DNA of 18,331 nt. It comes from Abditibacteriaceae bacterium (GTDB taxonomy: Bacteria; Armatimonadota; Abditibacteriia; Abditibacteriales; Abditibacteriaceae). The position numbers were made by a program, and so were the translations under genes. Location: NCBI GenBank assembly GCA_031425655.1, contig JANPJS010000135.1:1-18331 (forward strand). Reading direction: 5' to 3'. Below are positions 7,619 through 14,491 of this stretch, piece after piece (the first letter of the stretch is position 1; each line of letters starts with the position of its first letter). The notes beneath the pieces are model-generated. The model worked only from the letters and a program-made list of their open reading frames with translations, had not been told where the DNA came from and made no database searches.

Positions 7619-7889
7619 GGCCCGCGCACAATCTACCGTAAACAGCTTTTCCCAGATCACCCAGGTAAGACGCAGAATTGAAATATGAAAACACTCGAAG
7701 ACGCAATCGCGCTGGCGGCGCTGGCGCACAAGGGCCAAGTAGATAAGGCCGGAGAAGCCTACATCTGCCACCCACTGCGGTTGATGCTGACCATGACGAG
7801 CGAAGCCGAGCGCATGGTGGCTGTTCTGCATGATGCTGTGGAAGACACGCATGTTACGCTGGACGCCCTCGAAACGGGAGACTATCTAT

Positions 7890-8099
7890 CTTTCCGGTAT
7901 GGGTTTTTGAAAAACAGGCGTCAAAAAGCCCCGAAATGTGAAAAACAGAAGCGATGTCATCCTGAGCTTGCGAAGGATCTCTGCGTAATACGAGCTATTT
8001 TGCAGAGATTCTTCGCAAGCTCAGGATGACAAAACTCTCACTTTTTGCTATCTACTCGTATGCTTTCCAAGCCCTTTTTCCAAAACCCATACCGGAAAG
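7890..8099. mobile_element. 210-bp non-autonomous MITE with an 11-bp target duplication
   Basis: Terminal IRs CTTTCCGGTATGGGTTTT and AAAACCCATACCGGAAAG (18 bp perfect), flanked by AGACTATCTAT at 7879-7889 and 8100-8110. The boundary is ambiguous by 1 bp at each side. Confidence 0.92.
7955..8031. repeat. REP-like 30-bp-stem palindrome inside the MITE
   Basis: TGTCATCCTGAGCTTGCGAAGGATCTCTGC and GCAGAGATTCTTCGCAAGCTCAGGATGACA pair at 29/30 positions plus one G-T, with a 17-nt loop. Confidence 0.85.
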
Positions 8100-9433
8100 A
8101 GACTATCTATCCCAGGTTATAGCGGCGGTCGCAGTGCTGACGCATGAGCCGGGCGTGCCTTACATGGATTATGTGCGCTGCATCGGAAGCAACGTGCTCG
8201 CGCGAAAAGTCAAAATGGCTGACCTTAAAGACAATATGAACTTGAGTCGTATCTCGGCTCCGACGGCTAAAGACTATGCCCGGATCGAGAAGTATCAAAC
8301 GGCATTGGCGCTTTTAGAGAGTGCCCCATGATGCGCGCAGGTTTGCACCTCTTGCTGGTTGCCAGTGAGGTGGAGATTGGCGAAGTCGAGTCACTGGCCA
8401 ATGGGCCACAACCGAAGCGACCACGACGGGGAGCCAACGCCGGATAGTTCGTCGTTTGCCACGCTGGTATTTGTCAAACTGCGTCAAACAAGGATTATAA
8501 TTGTTGATACCTAATTTAGTTTTATTGCTTGTCGGGGATGAACCGCTTCGATAGCGTGTTTCCCTATATTCCGTAAGGCTTTTCGGGGATTTTGGCGACG
8601 GCGCAAGCAGCGCATTTGATCAAACTAAAACGCACTTCGCGCGTGTAGCGGCGTGCCTTAATTCGAGTTCCTTTATAGCTCAATCAAGCGTTGAATTCGA
8701 CCTGCCGAGTTAACTTGTCACAATAGAAAATTCAACTATCAAGCTTGTCTCAAAATGTGGGATGGTTTTGAACTAGCCAGATTGACTTCCACTTGTGACA
8801 AGTTGATTTCCGCTTCCGTAGAATTTGTTCACTAAACAGAGTTAGCGCAAAATAATCTGTGGCTGAGCAGGGTAGGGCCGTATTCGCCTGTTTATCCTGT
8901 GACACCCGATGGCCAGACAACCAGACAAGGCTCTGTTACGGATTCGGTGCGGAGTTATGGGCGGAGTATGCCGGGCACGGCTACTGGTAATGCACCAGCT
9001 AAGAGTGTGTCCACGACCTCCTGCGTGTGGGCTGACACGGTGACCGAGCGCACGCTAAGTGCCCACTTATTCGGTTATCCGGCGCCGAATTCGCCGCGAA
9101 AATCGCCGTTCCTCGCTGGGCTGAGGGTTTGGCCTGTCCGACTTCCTTCATGCTTCCTTCATGTTACCTACGTGCAAATATCGGCGGGCTTGCATTGCAA
9201 CAGCTTACAGCCTTTCGAGCGTCACTGCCCTAACCGAATTCCATTGGCCGCTTTGGACAAGTCCCAGACTCGTGTTTCAATTTCCGTGCTGGGTCGGTTA
9301 ATCACGGTCTCCGGGAATAATTAGCGCCGATGCGCAGAAAGTTGATCGCATTCTCCACCCCTGTGGGAATAGTTCCTGCATTCTTTAAAGATAGCCCTCA
9401 AGGGCCAAACTTGATTGATCAGGAAGTGTTTCA

Positions 9434-9755
9434 ATGCAGAAGTCAGTTTTGGGAATCGCCGTTTTGACAGTAACCGCTATCGGTGGCATGGTGGGCACGA
9501 GCCAAGTGGCTCACAGCAAGATCGCAATCCCGGTGATAGTCGGAGCAACCACCTCAGCACGGTTGTAAAGGGCGGCGTGGCCGGTATGTGCGGCTGCGGC
9601 ACGACACCGGCACCGGCACGCGTTGACGTTAAGCCGGGCTATGGCTTTGGCACCACGGGGCACTATGGTCCTCCGGGACAAGGCTTCAAGCCCACAAAAA
9701 CATGGCGTCAAACCGTCGCTGCGGGCGGCACCACCACACCCAAAGGCGGCAACTG
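9434..9755 (+). pseudogene. Putative secreted Gly/Thr/Pro-rich protein, frameshifted and truncated by miniature transposons
   Basis: AGGAAG SD then a signal-peptide-like MQKSVLGIAVLTVTAIGGMVGTSQVAHS, with a stop at 9568. A -1 shift near 9555 continues into STVVKGGVAGMCGCG...PKGGN up to the element edge. Confidence 0.45.
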
Positions 9756-10023
9756 GGGGTAGACCCAACAGTCGTGTCACCAGCCGCCACTTGGACTTTT
9801 CACGGCCTTTTTGTGATTGACCTGTCGGAAAACAGATGTTTTGCGACAAAATGCTGTCCCCTGCTGCTATCCCAAATCAGTCATCAAATAGCGAACGGAA
9901 AGCCCTGTCGCCAACCCAAACATACGGAAACCGAGGTTTTGATGTTTTCCGTATACGCTAAACATTGATTTGCTGCTACCCATTCTAAATGGCGGCTGGT
10001 GACACGACTGTTGGGTCTACCCC
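9756..10023. mobile_element. 268-bp Tn3-family-derived miniature element with internal res-like sites
   Basis: 34-bp perfect IR GGGGTAGACCCAACAGTCGTGTCACCAGCCGCCA (38/40 overall). 5-bp target duplication AACTG at 9751-9755 and 10024-10028. Confidence 0.92.
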
Positions 10024-10027
10024 AACT

Positions 10028-10277
10028 GGGGTAGTAGCCTCAATCGAGAGAAAAACCGGGTTAAGGATTTAAGAAGCGGCAGAAAAGCGAGTAGTAGTGG
10101 GGCCGTCGGAGGGAAAAGTGCATAGAATCAGGTTACAGCGCATTCTTTCGTCTTAATTTATCCTCCCGTCGAGATAGATAGGACTGTCAAATCAAGAAAA
10201 AGCCCTAAAAGGGCGTGGTCATTGCTCGAAAACGCACTTCTTAACGCGGTTTTTCTCTCGATTGAGGTTACTACCCG
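10028..10277. mobile_element. Second, 250-bp Tn3-family-derived miniature element
   Basis: 38-bp IR GGGGTAGTAGCCTCAATCGAGAGAAAAACCGGGTTAAG (10028-10065) matches 10240-10277 at 35/38, in the GGGG...TAAG form. No target duplication. Confidence 0.85.
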
Positions 10278-10464
10278 TATCCGGCGGTTTATGAGAAAAT
10301 CGAAGCCTATTGAAACTGTCACAAGGGGCGTTCAATCAAGTTCAGCTCCGCCATACAGGAAGAGAAACCGCTCGAAATTGGGCGAACTGCGACGAAATCG
10401 GCTGTGCAACGCATAGTGGCATCGATCATGCAGCAAGTGAGAATAAGCAGCAAAGGAGAAGGCT

Positions 10465-10821
10465 ATGAAACACAACCGATGGATTGCTTTGGCTCTGTTA
10501 GTCGTTTTCGGTGCCACAATGATAGTGGGGCCGCTGGTTGGCACAGCTCAGGCCAGCAGCAAGGGGCGGCGTAACACCGCTATTGCTCTGGGTGCCGTAA
10601 CAGCTTACGGTTTGCTCAAAAAGAAAAAGACGGTAGCCATCGTAGGCGGTCTGGGCACACTTTATGCTTACAAGCGTTATCGTGACGCTAAGAAGGCCGA
10701 GCAACGCGGTCGCACGGTTAGTCAGGTGTTTGGTGGTCGGGCAGTTTACGATAGTAATGGCAACCGCTATAGCCCCAGCAGTCGTTACTACGCCAACCGC
10801 ACCTACTACAGGCACCGATAA
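10465..10821 (+). CDS. Small basic secreted/membrane hypothetical protein
   Basis: Strong SD AAGGAG, a signal-peptide-like N-terminus ending AQA, two short hydrophobic Gly/Ala segments, a Tyr/Arg-rich tail, and a terminator downstream. Confidence 0.8.
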   Translation: MKHNRWIALALLVVFGATMIVGPLVGTAQASSKGRRNTAIALGAVTAYGLLKKKKTVAIVGGLGTLYAYKRYRDAKKAEQRGRTVSQVFGGRAVYDSNGNRYSPSSRYYANRTYYRHR

Positions 10822-10844
10822 TCGGTAGAGCAAAGTAGTGAAAG

Positions 10845-10881
10845 AAAAGCACCGACATCTTGATTGATGTCGGTGCTTTTT
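10845..10881. terminator. Bidirectional rho-independent terminator
   Basis: AAAAGCACCGACATC-TTGATT-GATGTCGGTGCTTTT, 24 nt after the stop codon, between convergent genes. A second 11-bp hairpin lies at 10893-10918. Confidence 0.85.
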
Positions 10882-11086
10882 GCTTTAAGGGGATGCCACA
10901 TCGCCGCCGATGTGGCATGGCGCGGCGCTCGCTGTGACAGTTAAAATGCAGTCATTAAGGGTAGTTCCAAAAACGACGGTTCATGAGAATTCTAAGGCAT
11001 TTGAAATTGGCACAACCGTCATTCAATCAGTTCAATAGCAGTAGAACGCGGCACAAAATGGACTACTATCAGGTTGAACCTCTGTT

Positions 11087-11293
11087 TCAGCTGTCCCCAT
11101 TAGCGGGTGAAGTCCACAGGATGAAGGGCACCCAAATCAAGAGAATTAGGATTGGCACGACGATAGGAGAGACGTGTAAATATTGACTCAGTGGCCACGC
11201 AAGTGCTGGTGTTACCATAAGCAGAGCATAAGGCCATACAGAGTGGCTTGAATGTTTAACTGGATTGTCCATCGTATCTTGTTTCTCTTTCAC
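11087..11293 (-). CDS. Small two-helix membrane protein (hypothetical)
   Basis: GAGGTG SD before GTG, and two hydrophobic segments (VWPYALLMVTPALAW and IVVPILILLIWVPFILW). Confidence 0.55.
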   Translation of the reverse strand: MKEKQDTMDNPVKHSSHSVWPYALLMVTPALAWPLSQYLHVSPIVVPILILLIWVPFILWTSPANGDS

Positions 11294-11474
11294 TTGTCAC
11301 CTCAACTCAAAAAGATTATAACACGCAGCCAATTTTGCACACCGAATAGCGAGCTTGATAGTTGTTCCCAAATTGCGACAGGTTGAAGTGTGTAGATTCT
11401 ATGGTTTACGTCAAGGGCACGGCGACGGTTTGGAGCCGTTTTGTTGGTAAACGCGGTCGGGGTTGTAGGTTAGT

Positions 11475-11500
11475 CCACCACAAACGTCCGTTTGTGAGGA
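11475..11500 (-). other. hix/res site I-like recombination site (left copy)
   Basis: CCACCACAAAC-GTCC-GTTTGTGAGGA. Bases 11482-11498 are the exact reverse complement of 13921-13937. Confidence 0.65.
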
Positions 11501-11516
11501 AGAACGTGCGCCCCTC

Positions 11517-11786
11517 TTATAACTTGTCATCGCTGCTGGTGGCGACTGCGGCATCGTAATCCACTTTGTCCACCGCGTTCACGGCCATGCCCCCGGCGCT
11601 GGCGCCGACTAAACCGCCGACCAAACCGCCGGCGAGGGCACCGAGTGGACCTACCATTGAGCCAGCTATGGCCCCGATAGCGGCGCCGCCCAGTCCGCCC
11701 ATCGCTGCCCCTTTCTCTGCATCATTGTGTGAATAGTCACCAGAAGTCTGGGTGATATTTTCGTCGGATATGTGAATCTTCTCCAT
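11517..11786 (-). CDS. Glycine-zipper small membrane protein
   Basis: Repeating GxxxG motifs (GAAMGGLGGAAIGAIAGSMVGPLGALAGGLVGGLVGASAGG); 89 aa. Confidence 0.8.
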   Translation of the reverse strand: MEKIHISDENITQTSGDYSHNDAEKGAAMGGLGGAAIGAIAGSMVGPLGALAGGLVGGLVGASAGGMAVNAVDKVDYDAAVATSSDDKL

Positions 11787-12028
11787 AATGCCCTAATTCT
11801 ACCTTAATTTATGGAACGCAGCGGCCCCGTCTCCGGCAAAAGCCCAACGCCCCGCAATGTGCCGACGTTGCCCCATGCGGTTCGCTAATACGCCGGGTAG
11901 TGTTGCGCGATTGTAGGTAGTCACGCGCTCTGTGGGCGGCATGACCCATGCTGCCCAGTGGCTTTTCTACTATGCCTTCACTCAAGTTCTCTGTGCCACC
12001 TCTTAAGTTTGATACTTCCTCAAAGATG

Positions 12029-13222
12029 TTAAAGGATGGCTTTTTCTGCGGACATGAGCCAGTCAAGCGAGAAACGCGCGAACACGATGCGGTTGGCGTT
12101 ATCGGTTTCAAAGAGACAGGCGAATGTGCCGTTGGGCAAGGCGCACAGGACGGAATAAGCAAAGCTACCGGCAAAGAGTGTCTTCTTGACGGGCCAAGTT
12201 ACGCCGTCGTCTTCGCTGAGATAAAGGGTGCCGTTTTCGCGCTTGGTGGAGCGCGGGCCGCAATACAACAGGCGAGGCCGCTCGCCGGGCACGCGGAGTA
12301 TCGAGGCCATGCAGCCGGGATCAACCAGATCGGGCACGTCTTCGACCGGCGACCAAGTTTGCCCGCCGTCGTCGCTGAGACTGGTTTTTCGCACAGCCTT
12401 GCCGCCCCAACGCCGCGCGTTGAAGCGCACGCGGCCATCCGCTAACTCGACCAACTGACACTCGTTCACGGTGCTAATGGTGCCGCCTTTGCCATCCGGT
12501 ATCAGGCCGCCGGGCACGACTTCTCCGCGCGCCCATGTTGCGCCGCTGTCGTCGCTGTAAACCGCGTAGATGTTCCACTGGCCAAAAGGCCCCTCATTGA
12601 ACGGTATTAACAGGCGCCCAGCGTGCGGCCCGGTTTTCAATTGAATGCCGATGCCCGGCCCGCTCGCTATGGTAGTGACTTTTTCGCCGCGTTTCACTTG
12701 GCGCGTGATGTCTTCGGGCTGACTCCAGGTTTGCCCTTCGTCATCGCTATGCAGCAGATACGACTTGACGATTTCATCGCCCTCATAGCCGGTCTTGATC
12801 TGCCCACTGGCCTCTTTCAAGCGCGCCGGATACGACTGCACCATCAGCACCACGCGCCCGCTGCGTTCGTCCACCACGGCGCAGGGATTATTAATGGGTC
12901 GTTCACCGTCATCGAGGATCACGCGGAGCGGCGACCACGTCCTGCCGCCATCGGTCGAGCGGCGTTGCAGCAGTTTGTTTTGGGCCTGATCAGAATGACT
13001 ACTGCGTCCTTCGGCAAAGGCCAACAACGCGCCGGATTTCGTTACCACGAGGGAGGGGATACGAATTGAAGCAAAGCCGTCTTTACCAGCGGTGAAAACG
13101 TCGTGCATTTCCGGTCTCATTGCGGATTCAAGCGGCGCGGCGAATGCGGACGAAGTGTGGATCAGGAACCCAGTCAAGAGTGTGGTCAAAAGCAAGATTG
13201 TTCTGGTCATAAGGCTCGTCAT
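12029..13222 (-). CDS. Sialidase-family (GH33) BNR/Asp-box glycoside hydrolase, secreted
   Basis: Signal peptide (...SSAFA), RIP motif, five Asp boxes (STDGGRTW, SDDEGQTW, SDDSGATW, SDDGGQTW, SEDDGVTW), NECQ and AYS. The start could be the second Met. Confidence 0.92.
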   Translation of the reverse strand: MTSLMTRTILLLTTLLTGFLIHTSSAFAAPLESAMRPEMHDVFTAGKDGFASIRIPSLVVTKSGALLAFAEGRSSHSDQAQNKLLQRRSTDGGRTWSPLRVILDDGERPINNPCAVVDERSGRVVLMVQSYPARLKEASGQIKTGYEGDEIVKSYLLHSDDEGQTWSQPEDITRQVKRGEKVTTIASGPGIGIQLKTGPHAGRLLIPFNEGPFGQWNIYAVYSDDSGATWARGEVVPGGLIPDGKGGTISTVNECQLVELADGRVRFNARRWGGKAVRKTSLSDDGGQTWSPVEDVPDLVDPGCMASILRVPGERPRLLYCGPRSTKRENGTLYLSEDDGVTWPVKKTLFAGSFAYSVLCALPNGTFACLFETDNANRIVFARFSLDWLMSAEKAIL

Positions 13223-13794
13223 GTCTTTGTCGAGGGGTCGTTTGTCTCACTTGCCGGAATCCAGCGATAAAGCGTAGGAACGGAAACACCCAAGTTGGCG
13301 GCCACATCTTTAGGCAGGACACCAGCATCCAAAAGTTTGCGGGCCACTTCCACTTTCGAGGGCGTCATCTTGGCTTTGCGGCCACCAACGCGCCCCTGCG
13401 CTTTAGCGGCATCCAGACCGGCGCGTGTGCGCTCAACCAGCAGTTCGCGCTCCATTTGCGCCAGCGAAGCCATGACGTGAAAAAAGAAGCGCCCCGCCGG
13501 AGTCGAGGTGTCAATGGCATCGGTCACGCTGCGGAAGTGAACGCCGCGCTTTTCCAAGTCGCCGACGAGTTCGACCAAATCTTTCACGCTGCGCCCCAAG
13601 CGGTCGAGTTTCCATACGACCAACGTATCGCCTTTGCGCAGCCCATCCAGCGCGCGTTCCAAGCCGGGCCGGTCGCGGCGTGTCCCGGACAACTTGTCTT
13701 CAAAGATGCGCTCGCAGCCTGCGCTTTTCAGTGCGGTTGTTTGTAAATCAAGGTTTTGGTCTTGTGTGGAGACACGGGCATAACCGATCAACAT
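13219..13794 (-). CDS. Small serine recombinase (Tn3-family resolvase / Gin-Pin-like invertase)
   Basis: GYARVST catalytic Ser, VVWKLDRLGRS, ERELLVERTRAGL, GRVGGR and a C-terminal HTH (VAANLGVSVPTLYRW). Confidence 0.96.
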   Translation of the reverse strand: MLIGYARVSTQDQNLDLQTTALKSAGCERIFEDKLSGTRRDRPGLERALDGLRKGDTLVVWKLDRLGRSVKDLVELVGDLEKRGVHFRSVTDAIDTSTPAGRFFFHVMASLAQMERELLVERTRAGLDAAKAQGRVGGRKAKMTPSKVEVARKLLDAGVLPKDVAANLGVSVPTLYRWIPASETNDPSTKT

Positions 13795-13810
13795 GGGGTC
13801 TCTCTTTCTC

Positions 13811-13944
13811 TTCTCTAAACCCGTTTTTAGAGGCTGAATCGAGAAAAGAGTTTCGAGAATGGTTTGTGAGAAGATCGGCTGAGTTCAAGACGGCTGCAAT
13901 TATGCGCATTACACAGCCTTCTCACAAACGGACGTTTTCTTAAC
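13811..13944. promoter_or_regulatory. res-type multi-subsite region upstream of the recombinase
   Basis: Palindrome CTCTAAACCCGTTTTTAGAG (13813-13832); 12-bp IR GTTTGTGAGAAG (13862) with CTTCTCACAAAC (13918); 26-bp site TTCTCACAAAC-GGAC-GTTTTCTTAAC (13919-13944). Confidence 0.75.
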
Positions 13945-14054
13945 GCTATCTCTGAATCAGCAATTGCCCCGTTTTTCGGCCCCTAAACGGCCAAGAAACC
14001 CGGTTAAGTAATAAAATTTAGAAAAATCAGCGAGAATACGGGTTTCTTAACGTA

Positions 14055-14466
14055 TTGTTTTGCACAAAACTCCATTGTTCGTCCACTTCCAAAGCTAAAA
14101 TACGCAGTGGGACACACGGCTCAGGTGTTTGAGCGGCTTCGCCTCGCAGCACAGCCAGCACCGTTGTGCTACTGATCTGCAAAACACGTGCGATGTCACT
14201 CACGCCCGACGCATTAAGGGTTATGGTCACAATCAACTGACGATACAACGGACTGCACGCACGGTAGGTGTAATCCAAACAAAAGAAGAACTGCCTGGCA
14301 CACGCTTTAACTTTACAGCGATAGCGTTGCTTGCCTTGACTCGTTGTGCCATTCTTTTTGGTGTGGCCTAAGCCACAGCCGGACAGGTGATCTTTTCGGT
14401 CTTCACATCCCAAAAGAGTCTGTTCGAGGCGTTATGATCCCTCAGCATCATTTCTGTAACACGACC
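14055..14466 (-). mobile_element. Truncated IS1-family element (left end and N-terminal transposase fragment)
   Basis: Left IR GGTCGTGTTACAGAAATGATG from 14466. The frame KKNG..QGKQRYRC...GVSDIARVLQIS...LEVDEQWSFVQ stops just after the first catalytic Asp. Confidence 0.85.
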
Positions 14467-14491
14467 AAAAAGCGACTTCCAGAGGTTACTG

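Larger units (their letters stand above)
7685..8331 (+). pseudogene. Small HD-domain phosphohydrolase (RelA/SpoT hydrolase-like), split by a MITE
   Basis: AHKGQVDKAGEAYICHPLR...AVLHDAVED and ARKVKMADLKDNMNLSR. Removing 221 bp (element plus one target copy) restores a single 141-aa frame. Confidence 0.9.

Noticed and set aside
8026..8331. Independent 101-aa gene (and 7685..8029 as a separate 114-aa gene)
   Set aside because: These are the two halves of one HD gene. The extra residues are translated MITE sequence.
9095..9140. c-di-GMP-I riboswitch on the minus strand (GGCCAAACC...)
   Set aside because: The GNRA loop, the GACGCAAAG segment and the second stem are missing.
8899..9324. 141-aa ORF
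   Set aside because: It has no SD, no recognisable motif and atypical composition, so it is unsupported.
13939..13970. Tn3 right IR (reverse complement GGGG...TAAG)
   Set aside because: It is only 32 bp, overlaps the res crossover site, and has no matching partner. The 38-mer ending TAAG at 12007 lacks GGGG and similarity.
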